A stretch of 64,000 bases of DNA from assembly GCA_015060065.1 (NCBI GenBank), contig SUZF01000008.1, positions 19,316-83,315 on the forward strand, given 5' to 3'. The translations under genes and the position numbers were made by a program. Below are positions 28,140-38,582 of the stretch, in pieces (the first letter of the stretch is position 1; every line of letters begins with the position of its first letter). The DNA comes from Rikenellaceae bacterium. GTDB taxonomy: Bacteria; Bacteroidota; Bacteroidia; Bacteroidales; Rikenellaceae. The notes under the pieces are model-generated. The model saw nothing but the letters and a program-made list of their open reading frames with translations, did not search any database and was not told the DNA's origin.

Positions 28140-28858
28140 AACAGACGTTTCTTGGATGTGGTAACCACAAAATCTTTGAGATAGAAAGGCTCGAAGTAGG
28201 CGATATCTTCGAAGCGACCCTCGTCATACGCCTTTTGCGCCAGCGGAGCAATACCGCGCACTGACGGAGTGACGTTTATCAGAGTTGCATCGCCCAGAAC
28301 ATCCACACACTTGGCGGCTCCGTTTCCGAAGATTACAAACTCTCCACCAAGGCTCTCGGCACCACCTCGACGCCACGCAGCAAAACTCTCGGCCGTTACC
28401 ACCTCGGCTACGACATCCGACAGGGGCGACCCCTCGCTATCGAACACCTCGGCATAGACCTCCATACGACGAGCATCGACCATAGGACAGAGGCGTGCCT
28501 GCGACCAATTCTCGACATCCACGATGCCCGCCTCGAAATCCTCGCGAGCCACAGCCACAAGGGCATCGAGCGAACCGACAGCAATGAGCGGCTTCTGCAA
28601 TCCGTAGCACAGACCCTTGGCAAACGACACACCGATACGCAATCCGGTATAAGACCCCGGACCTTTTCCCACCGCCACGGCATCAATATCTTCGGGAGAG
28701 ATGCCCGTCGAGCGCAAAATCTCATCGACAAAGAGACCAACCTTGCGTGCGTGGTCGCGCCCCTCGTCGCTTTCGAGCATCGACACAATCTCGCCATCGC
28801 GAGCAATGCCGACCGAGCAGATGTCGGTACCGGTTTCAATACAGAGAATCGTAGCCAT
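28136..28858 (-). CDS. tsaB: tRNA t6A biosynthesis protein TsaB
   Basis: ILCIETGT, AVGKGPGSYTGLRIGVS, MVDARRMEVY, EPFYLK. Confidence 0.95.
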   Translation of the reverse strand: MATILCIETGTDICSVGIARDGEIVSMLESDEGRDHARKVGLFVDEILRSTGISPEDIDAVAVGKGPGSYTGLRIGVSFAKGLCYGLQKPLIAVGSLDALVAVAREDFEAGIVDVENWSQARLCPMVDARRMEVYAEVFDSEGSPLSDVVAEVVTAESFAAWRRGGAESLGGEFVIFGNGAAKCVDVLGDATLINVTPSVRGIAPLAQKAYDEGRFEDIAYFEPFYLKDFVVTTSKKRLF

Positions 28859-28862
28859 CGTT

Positions 28863-29324
28863 TTATTTGTAATTTTTCATTGCTTTATCCATCTCGCGAC
28901 GAGCATCGTTTGCTTTGAGATATTCGCGCTTGTCGTAGGACTTACGACCACGCGCCAAGCCGATTGCCACCTTCGCCAGACCCCTATCATTGAGGAATAT
29001 GCGCAAGCCCACAACCGTCAGACCTCGGTCTTGGAGCGAGCGTTGCAGTTTATCGAGTTCCTTGTGGTTGAGCAGCAACTTGCGGTCGCGCTTGGGGGTG
29101 TGGTTGTTGCAGGTACCCCAGCCATACTCGGCGATATTCAACCCTCGCAACCAGAGTTCTCCGCGGTCAAAATAGCAGTAGGTATCGACCATCGAAGCCT
29201 TGCCAAGTCGCAGAGATTTTATCTCGGTACCGACCAAAACAACTCCGGCAAGATACTCTTCGAGTATCTCGTAATCGAAAGTTGCCCGCTTGTTGCGGAT
29301 GTTTATCTTTTTGTAGTCGGTCAT
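28863..29324 (-). CDS. smpB: SsrA-binding protein
   Basis: [37 protein letters not shown]; start ATG 29324; -7 box at 29360-29367. Confidence 0.96.
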   Translation of the reverse strand: MTDYKKINIRNKRATFDYEILEEYLAGVVLVGTEIKSLRLGKASMVDTYCYFDRGELWLRGLNIAEYGWGTCNNHTPKRDRKLLLNHKELDKLQRSLQDRGLTVVGLRIFLNDRGLAKVAIGLARGRKSYDKREYLKANDARREMDKAMKNYK

Positions 29325-29704
29325 CACGTTTGTCGGTGCTTTATTTGCACACCACGGTACAAATATACTCTTTTTTCGCGAGTTGCGAAAAAAAATCGTG
29401 CCGAGCCTTCTCTTATACACCATTCGGCACAGGATTTGTTCTGTTTGGGCATGGGTAGAGCCGGATAAGGTAACTAATTCTTTTATCTTTGATATGTTTT
29501 ACACACATCTTTCTGTTTATTTTCTGTTTGCACACTGTTGTGCGTAGTGATACGCACACGACCCCGGCTCCACCCTTTTTTTATCAAATTACATACGTAG
29601 TATGTCGTTAGCAAATCCCGAATCGGGGGTCATTTTTTTTCATTTTTTTCTTGCGGAGAGAGATTTTTTCTCTACCTTTGTCTTCGCACAAGGAGCCTTT
29701 ACGA

Positions 29705-29965
29705 GCCGGGTGTTTTCGGAGGGGGTGGCTTATGGGAAAGCGTTTATTCTGCGCTGAACATCTGCAAACCGTTTGAAAACCAAGCGCAACGAAGGGTGAA
29801 AAGGGAATCCGGTGCAAATCCGGAACAATGCCTGTTGCTGTGAGTCCGCCTCTGTTGCCGACAGTTTGGTCGAGTGTAAAATTTCAGAGGGTTGCTTATC
29901 GTAATCTATTGCCACTGGGAGACCGGGAAGGCGCGATAAGTGGACAAGTCAGAAGACCTGCCTGT
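29705..29965 (+). promoter_or_regulatory. Cobalamin (AdoCbl) riboswitch
   Basis: AAAAGGGAATCCGGTGCAAATCCGG, GCTGTGAG, GCCACTGGGAGACCGGGAAGG, AAGTCAGAAGACCTGCC; promoter TACCTTTG at 29673-29680; upstream of btu genes; 5' boundary approximate. Confidence 0.93.
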
Positions 29966-30154
29966 GTGATTAAGATTTTGGACCTGCAGGATTATGGGTT
30001 GGAATCAAAATACTTTACAACCATAACAGTCAGGTTTTTAGTGTGGGGCCGCCATGGCGCGAACACATTTTAGGGGCGGGTGGCATAATCCGCACCGCAA
30101 AGAGACAACCGGTGGCAGGTTTTATTGGTTATAGAGTTTTTGAGTCGAGCATAG

Positions 30155-30204
30155 GTTACCGTATTCCGAGGGTCAGCAAGGAGTACGGTAACTTTATTTT
30201 GTTT
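30155..30204 (+). terminator. Attenuator terminator of the B12 leader
   Basis: GTTACCGTATTCC/GGAGTACGGTAAC 13-bp stem (one G-U) then TTTATTTTGTTT. Confidence 0.75.
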
Positions 30205-30221
30205 AACTTCAAATTTATAGA

Positions 30222-30332
30222 ATGATGAACAAGAACTATTATCAACAGCCGACTGCAGAGGTGATTGAGTTCGCTGTAGAGTCGGGATTTGCACAATCAC
30301 AACAGAAACCCGCAGAGTGGGAGGATATGTAA
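30222..30332 (+). CDS. Small 36-aa peptide MMNKNYYQQPTAEVIEFAVESGFAQSQQKPAEWEDM
   Basis: AT-rich pre-ATG region, Y-x-x-P-x-x-E-V-I...GFA-x-S pattern, stop 17 bp before next ATG; below the ORF-track cutoff. Confidence 0.7.
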   Translation: MMNKNYYQQPTAEVIEFAVESGFAQSQQKPAEWEDM

Positions 30333-30349
30333 TTTAACCTATTCGTACT

Positions 30350-32011
30350 ATGAAAAAGATTTTTGCAATTATTGCTACATTGACACTGGTGGTGTCGTGT
30401 AGTACAGACGAGGGTCTTGCACCCAAAAATGGTTTAACGCTCACGGGTTACAACTCGATTGAGGCGCGTACAGCATTCGATACTCCCTCGGCAAGCAGCA
30501 TTCCTTTCAGTTGGAGTGCGGGCGACTACATTTGGTTGGGCTCGTTCAAAAGTAAGGCTATTGCAGAAGGTGGGAAAGCCGCGCAGTTCAAGTGGGACAA
30601 CGAGCCTTCGACCGCAGGCGACTACCACATATTTTATAATATGACTGGCAACCACAAGAATGCGGTGGTATTGACCGAACAGAGCGCAGATGGAAATCTT
30701 GGCAATGACGGAGATTTCGGTTATGCCGTTGCCGACGAGTTTAAGACATTCTATCTCGAACACAAAACCTCCTACATCTGGTTTGACACTACGAGCGCAG
30801 ATGTTACCGAGAAACTGACCACCATAACGGTCACTGCCGAGGAGGGTGTTAATCTTGCCGGTAAATGTGTGTTTGATTACGCCAATGACGCTTGGAGTTC
30901 GACCGTAAGCGAAGGCTCTAATCAAATCGTCTTGAATTTTGGCGAGGGCGTTCAGTTGGCGGAGGCAAACGATGGTATATTTGCCGCTATGGTGACACTC
31001 CCTGCGGCTATCGGTGGCAAGAATCTTACCATTACCTATACATTTGCCTCCGGTGCAACCTTTACCGAGGTTAAGACCCCGTCAAAAGACTTTGAGCCGG
31101 GCAAGGTTCGCCGTATTGCTACCTCCATCGCAGCGGCAAATCTCGTTCAGCCCGAGCCTGAACTGTCATACGAGTTGCGCGTGCTGACATTCGAGGATGA
31201 GGATGTGAAGTTTGATCCCATCGAGAATTTTGCCTTTGCATATCCCGACTATATGGGTGGCTATTGGTATGGTGACTACTTTACTCTTACCAAGTGGTCG
31301 GACTATATCCCTCGCGATGGTCAGTATGGCAATGGTCACAGATCTTACGAATGGTATGATGCCAATAACACCGAGTTGGAGTTTGTATGGCCCAGCGAGG
31401 AGAACGAAGCCTCTTGGTGGGGCATTGCCGGCCACGCAGGTATTTCGGACTATGTGGGAACTATGGATGACGTGAATAGTTTCCACGATGACAATATGCT
31501 CTATATGATTGACTTGCAGGCATATAATGTTAAGGGCGGTGCCAACGGCTCGAAGAATTTTTGCTCGCAGTATGGCTATCTCGACCCCGATGAGTATGCA
31601 ACGATATACTCGCCCGAGGGTGTTCTGCCCGGTATTCAGTTCCACGATGGCGTGGCAAGAGTTATCGATCATATGTATGTTACAAATACAACCTACACCT
31701 ATGGTGTGATTATTCACGGCGAGTGCGACTTCGGTGGTAGTTTCCAATTGACAGATGCGAGCACCTTCAAGATTGTGGCTTACGGATATGATTCATTCGA
31801 TGACACCGAGCCGACAATAACAGATTTCTATCTTTTGAATACAGGTCAACGCTTTGTGACCGATTGGACAAAGTGGGATCTGTCGGTTTTGGGTAAGGTT
31901 GTGCGCGTAGAGTTTAACCTCGTTGCCTGCGACAACGGATATGGTAAATATGGTCTGGTTATTCCTGCCTACTTTGCTTATGATGATGTAGCTGTTAGAT
32001 TTGAGAAATGA
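30350..32011 (+). CDS. Surface lipoprotein: fimbrillin-like N-terminal part plus C-terminal DUF4465-like domain (putative B12-binding)
   Basis: Lipobox VVS-C; EARTAF..FSWSAGDYI; C-terminal GGANGSKNF, YVTNTTY, FKIVAYG, VTDWTKWDLSVLGKV, IPAYFAYDD. Confidence 0.7.
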   Translation: MKKIFAIIATLTLVVSCSTDEGLAPKNGLTLTGYNSIEARTAFDTPSASSIPFSWSAGDYIWLGSFKSKAIAEGGKAAQFKWDNEPSTAGDYHIFYNMTGNHKNAVVLTEQSADGNLGNDGDFGYAVADEFKTFYLEHKTSYIWFDTTSADVTEKLTTITVTAEEGVNLAGKCVFDYANDAWSSTVSEGSNQIVLNFGEGVQLAEANDGIFAAMVTLPAAIGGKNLTITYTFASGATFTEVKTPSKDFEPGKVRRIATSIAAANLVQPEPELSYELRVLTFEDEDVKFDPIENFAFAYPDYMGGYWYGDYFTLTKWSDYIPRDGQYGNGHRSYEWYDANNTELEFVWPSEENEASWWGIAGHAGISDYVGTMDDVNSFHDDNMLYMIDLQAYNVKGGANGSKNFCSQYGYLDPDEYATIYSPEGVLPGIQFHDGVARVIDHMYVTNTTYTYGVIIHGECDFGGSFQLTDASTFKIVAYGYDSFDDTEPTITDFYLLNTGQRFVTDWTKWDLSVLGKVVRVEFNLVACDNGYGKYGLVIPAYFAYDDVAVRFEK

Positions 32012-32997
32012 GAAAGGTCTTTATAGATTTTTGTATTGTGGTTCTAGTAGCGATCTCTTCGTCTTGCAACATAGACGAAGAGATTGTGAAAGATTTGGAC
32101 CAAGGAGAGTTCTATCGAGCAAAAACTGCCGCATCGAAGCCCGATTGGAACAAGGTGTACGAATATACTCCTGCCCCCGGGCAATTTATCAACGAGTTGA
32201 AAACCGGTGGCTTTGATGGCACGCAGACAACCCCCGAAGCGGCTGTTGCATACGCCGAGGCGAGAATGTCGGAGGTGGACAAAAATGGTAATCCCTCGCC
32301 CAATTGGGTCTCGTTAGGTGGCTTTGGTGGCTATATCGTGGTGGGATTTGACCATAGTATCGACAATCTGGGCAGTTACGACTTCGCGATTTTGGGTAAT
32401 TCGTTCAAGGGCTCATCCGAGCCGGGTATTGTTTGGGTTATGCAGGACGAGAATGGTAATGGTCTGCCTGATGATACTTGGTACGAGTTGAAAGGCTCCG
32501 AGACCGGCAACCCCGAGACTATCCAAAACTATGCCGTAACCTACTATCGCCCCACCGAGCCTCAACAGCCCGTGCAGTGGAGCGACAATCAGGGTAATAG
32601 CGGACAGATAGACTACTTGAAGGCTTACCACAAGCAGGATTACTACTACCCATTATGGATTGAGGAGGATAGCTACACGCTGACCGGCACCTGTCTGAAA
32701 GCCCGCAACTACGATGCTTCGAATGGAAAGGGTACATATTGGGTGAATGATGAGTATGATTGGGGATATGCTGACAATTTTAGTTCCGAAGACCGACTGA
32801 CCGATGACAGCAATGTGGGCGCGGCTGCCAATGCCAACCACTTCAAAATCTCGAATGCGATAGATGTAAACGGCAAGCACAAGGAGTTGAAGTACATCGA
32901 TTTTATAAAGGTACAGGTCGGAGTCAATGCCAAAAGTGGCTGGTTGGGCGAGATTTCGACAGAAGTTTTTGGATTCAAGGACCTGCACTTTGAATAA
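32008..32997 (+). CDS. Cell-surface lipoprotein resembling the Bacteroides BtuH-type B12-binding domain
   Basis: Lipobox SSS-C; VYEYTPAPGQFIN, VSLGGFGGYIVVGFDHSI, SEPGIVWVMQDENGNGLPDDTWYELKGS, WGYADN, GEISTE. Confidence 0.7.
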   Translation: MRKVFIDFCIVVLVAISSSCNIDEEIVKDLDQGEFYRAKTAASKPDWNKVYEYTPAPGQFINELKTGGFDGTQTTPEAAVAYAEARMSEVDKNGNPSPNWVSLGGFGGYIVVGFDHSIDNLGSYDFAILGNSFKGSSEPGIVWVMQDENGNGLPDDTWYELKGSETGNPETIQNYAVTYYRPTEPQQPVQWSDNQGNSGQIDYLKAYHKQDYYYPLWIEEDSYTLTGTCLKARNYDASNGKGTYWVNDEYDWGYADNFSSEDRLTDDSNVGAAANANHFKISNAIDVNGKHKELKYIDFIKVQVGVNAKSGWLGEISTEVFGFKDLHFE

Positions 32998-33025
32998 TTA
33001 TGTGTAATTTCGCAAGCGAAAAGAG

Positions 33026-34105
33026 ATGCTGATGAGAGCCTTTGTCCGAAATATTGAGTTTGTAGTGGTGCTTCTGTTGGCTGTCGCGCTCGGTGGCTGT
33101 ATGAAGTGGGACTATCTCTACACCGAGGAGTTCAATGAGCGAGGCAGGGGTCTTTTCTGCCTTAATGAGGGTAATTTTCAGTATGGCAACGCATCACTAT
33201 CGCACTACAACCCTGCAACACATAAGGTTGAAAACGAGGTGTTCGCCCGCGCCAACGGTATGAAGTTGGGCGATGTGGCGCAGTCGATGACCATCCGCAA
33301 CGGTATAGGCTGGGTCGTAGTAAACAACTCGCACGTCGTCTTTGCCATCGACATCAATACATTCAAGGAGGTAGGACGTATCACGAACCTTACCTCTCCG
33401 CGATATATCCACTTTCTCTCGGACGAGAAAGCTTACGTCACCCAAATCTGGGATAACCGAATCTTTATCGTAAACCCCAAACGTTACGAGATTACGGGGT
33501 ATATCGAAGTACCGAATATGACTATGGAGTCCGGCTCTACGGAGCAGATGGTGCAGGTGGGAGATTTCGTATATGTGAATTGTTGGTCGTATCAAAACCG
33601 AATACTCAAGATTGACACCCGAACAGACAAGGTGGTCGATGAACTCATAGTGGGTATTCAGCCCACATCGCTTGCGCTGGATTGCAACGATAAGTTATGG
33701 ACCGTAACTGATGGTGGTTATGAAGGCTCTCCATACGGATATGAAGCGCCTTCTCTCTATCGCATTGATGCCGAAACCTTCACCATCGAAAAGCAGTTTA
33801 GATTCAAATTTGGCGACTGGCCCTCGGAGGTGCAACTCAACGGTGCGAAAGATAAGATTTATTGGCTCAACGATGATGTTTGGGAGATGAGCGTAACAGC
33901 CGACTACCTGCCTGCCGAGCCGTTCCTACCGTACAAAGATACTATCTACTATGGTCTTACAATCGACCCTCAATCGGGCGATGTCTATATTGCCGATGCG
34001 ATAGATTATGTGCAGCAAGGAATGATTTATCGCTACTCGAAAGAGCGTGAGTTGCTCGATAGTTTTTATGTGGGAATCATCCCCGGTGCGTTTTGTTGGA
34101 AATAG
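33026..34105 (+). CDS. btuG: B12-binding beta-propeller surface lipoprotein (YncE/DUF5074-like)
   Basis: Lipobox LGG-C; NEGNFQYGNASLSHY, LGDVAQSM, SPRYI, YGLTIDP, DAIDYVQQG, VGIIPGAFCW; directly upstream of the TBDT. Confidence 0.85.
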   Translation: MLMRAFVRNIEFVVVLLLAVALGGCMKWDYLYTEEFNERGRGLFCLNEGNFQYGNASLSHYNPATHKVENEVFARANGMKLGDVAQSMTIRNGIGWVVVNNSHVVFAIDINTFKEVGRITNLTSPRYIHFLSDEKAYVTQIWDNRIFIVNPKRYEITGYIEVPNMTMESGSTEQMVQVGDFVYVNCWSYQNRILKIDTRTDKVVDELIVGIQPTSLALDCNDKLWTVTDGGYEGSPYGYEAPSLYRIDAETFTIEKQFRFKFGDWPSEVQLNGAKDKIYWLNDDVWEMSVTADYLPAEPFLPYKDTIYYGLTIDPQSGDVYIADAIDYVQQGMIYRYSKERELLDSFYVGIIPGAFCWK

Positions 34106-34116
34106 AAGAGAAGAGT

Positions 34117-36168
34117 ATGAAAAGAGTTATAATAGGCATACTGCTCTCGATTATTCCGCTCGGATTGTCCGCACAAACCGAGCAGGTGTGGCATAAGCGC
34201 ACGCACGACATCCCCGAAATCTCGGTCTATGGCTCACGCCCGATGAAAGATATTGGCACACAACAGACCAAAATCGACACCACGGCTCTCAAAGAGAACA
34301 TCTCGCTTTCGATGGCCGATGTGCTGACCTTCAACTCCTCGATATTTGTCAAGAGTTATGGTCGTGCAACCCTATCGACTGTGGCATTTCGAGGCACTTC
34401 GCCTTCACACACGCAGGTAACATGGAATGGAATGCGCATCAATAACCCGATGCTCGGAATGACCGACTTCTCGATGATTCCATCCTACTTTATCGACGAT
34501 GCCTCATTGCTGCACGGCACATCCTCGGTAAATGATACGGGTGGTGGTTTGGGTGGAGCAGTTCGCCTCTCGACCAAGCCTGCCGAAGCGCGAGGTTTCG
34601 GCTTGCAGTTTGTGCAGGGTGTCGGCTCTTTCACAACTATCGACGACTTCCTGCGCCTCACGTGGGGTAACGAGCGGTGGCAGACATCAACCCGCGTGGT
34701 CTTCTCAACCTCGAAGAACGACTACAAATATCGCAACCGCGACAAGAAGGAGAATATCTACGACGAGCAGATGAACATCGTCGGTCAATACTACCCCATA
34801 GAGCGCAATCGCAGCGGAGCCTTCCGTGACCTGCACCTCCTGCAAGAGGTCTATTACAATACCGGCAAGGGCGACCGCCTCGGACTGAATGCGTGGTACA
34901 TAGCCTCCAATCGCGAACTGCCGATGCTCACGACCGACTACGGCAATGCTGCCGCCTTCGATAATCGCCAGCGCGAGCAAACATTCCGAGGAGTACTCTC
35001 ATGGGACCACCTGCGACCAAATTGGAAGGTGGGAGCCAAGGCCGGATATGTTTATACGTGGATGGCATACGACTACAAGCGCGATGTCGGCAATGGGGTA
35101 ATGCATGCCATGACCCGCTCGCGAAGCCTTGTGAATACAATCTATGCGCAAGCCGAAGGCGAGTACTACATCGGCAAAAAGTGGCTCTTTACGGCAAATC
35201 TGTCGGCACACCAGCATTTAGTCGAGAGCCGCGACAAAAACATCATACGCCAGGACGGCAACAAGGCTATTGTCGGCTACCACTCCGGACGTTTTGAACT
35301 TTCGGGGTCGGTATCGGCGAAGTGGCGACCCATCGACCGTCTGGGCATATCGGCAGTGTTGCGCGAGGAGTTGTTCGGCAACAAATGGACACCCATCATT
35401 CCGGCTCTCTTTATCGATGGGGTAATCTCTCAAAAGGGCAACATCACAGCCAAAGCCTCCGTGTCGCGCAACTTCCGCTTTCCAACCCTCAACGACCTCT
35501 ATTTCCTGCCGGGTGGAAATCCCGACCTGCGCCCCGAAAGCGGCTGGACATACGATGCGGGCATCTCGTTTACCATAGGCAAAAAGGGAGTCTATTCGTT
35601 GAGCGGCTCGGCGACGTGGTTTGACTCACATATCAAGGATTGGATTATCTGGCTACCCACCGCCAAAGGCTTCTTCTCGCCCGAAAACATCAAGGATGTA
35701 CACGCCTACGGAGTGGAGTTACAGGCGGCTCTCTCGGTGGCTCTCGCCCCAAAGTGGCAATTAGACCTCAACGGAAACTTTTCGTGGACACCCTCTATCA
35801 ACGAGGGCGAGCCGCGCTCGGCAGCCGACCGCTCGGTAGGCAAACAATTGCCATACGTTCCGGAGTTCTCCTCCTCGGTCACAGGGCGGTTGTCGTGGCG
35901 CAGATGGTCACTCCTCTACAAGTGGTGCTGGTACAGCGAGCGATTCACGATGTCGAGCAACGACCTCTCGCTATCGGGCAAACTGCCCGAATACTTTATG
36001 AGCAACATCTCGCTCGAAAAGGTGCTGGTATTCAATTGGGCAGACCTCTCGCTCAAAGGAACGATAAACAACCTCTTCAACGAGGAGTATCTCACGGTAC
36101 TCTCGCGCCCGATGCCCGGCATAAACTTCGAAATCTTCGTGGGCATTACGCCCAAGTGGGGCAAATAA
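34117..36168 (+). CDS. btuB: TonB-dependent cobalamin receptor
   Basis: Plug FVKSYGRATLSTVAFRGTSPSHTQVTWNGMRIN; barrel FRFPTLNDLYF.PGGNPDL.PE; NNLFNEEY..RPMPG; riboswitch-controlled. Confidence 0.9.
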   Translation: MKRVIIGILLSIIPLGLSAQTEQVWHKRTHDIPEISVYGSRPMKDIGTQQTKIDTTALKENISLSMADVLTFNSSIFVKSYGRATLSTVAFRGTSPSHTQVTWNGMRINNPMLGMTDFSMIPSYFIDDASLLHGTSSVNDTGGGLGGAVRLSTKPAEARGFGLQFVQGVGSFTTIDDFLRLTWGNERWQTSTRVVFSTSKNDYKYRNRDKKENIYDEQMNIVGQYYPIERNRSGAFRDLHLLQEVYYNTGKGDRLGLNAWYIASNRELPMLTTDYGNAAAFDNRQREQTFRGVLSWDHLRPNWKVGAKAGYVYTWMAYDYKRDVGNGVMHAMTRSRSLVNTIYAQAEGEYYIGKKWLFTANLSAHQHLVESRDKNIIRQDGNKAIVGYHSGRFELSGSVSAKWRPIDRLGISAVLREELFGNKWTPIIPALFIDGVISQKGNITAKASVSRNFRFPTLNDLYFLPGGNPDLRPESGWTYDAGISFTIGKKGVYSLSGSATWFDSHIKDWIIWLPTAKGFFSPENIKDVHAYGVELQAALSVALAPKWQLDLNGNFSWTPSINEGEPRSAADRSVGKQLPYVPEFSSSVTGRLSWRRWSLLYKWCWYSERFTMSSNDLSLSGKLPEYFMSNISLEKVLVFNWADLSLKGTINNLFNEEYLTVLSRPMPGINFEIFVGITPKWGK

Positions 36169-38430
<2,262 letters not shown>

Positions 38431-38511
38431 CCGAAAGGGTCGCCATTTTCGGCGGCGAGTGGTCTTCTATGTAGGATTTTGGCACCATTATCCCATTACC
38501 ATCTATAACAG

Positions 38512-38550
38512 AAAGGGCGTGTTCCAAATTTGTCGGACACGCCCCCTTTG
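38512..38550. terminator. Bidirectional terminator between convergent GH97 and GH109 genes
   Basis: AAAGGGCGTGTTCC...GGACACGCCCCCTTT. Confidence 0.65.
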
Positions 38551-38582
38551 TTATAAATCGTATAACGTCACTAAACCTTCGG

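Noticed and set aside
29409-29420. TCTCTTATACAC, a 12-nt match to the Tn5/Nextera mosaic end
   Set aside because: Only partial, flanks diverge, and it lies in the loop of a natural GTGCCGA/TCGGCAC hairpin; probably chance, though read-level inspection would settle it
29995-30027. 10-codon uORF MGWNQNTLQP in the B12 leader
   Set aside because: Too short, lies within a stem of the expression platform, no supporting motif
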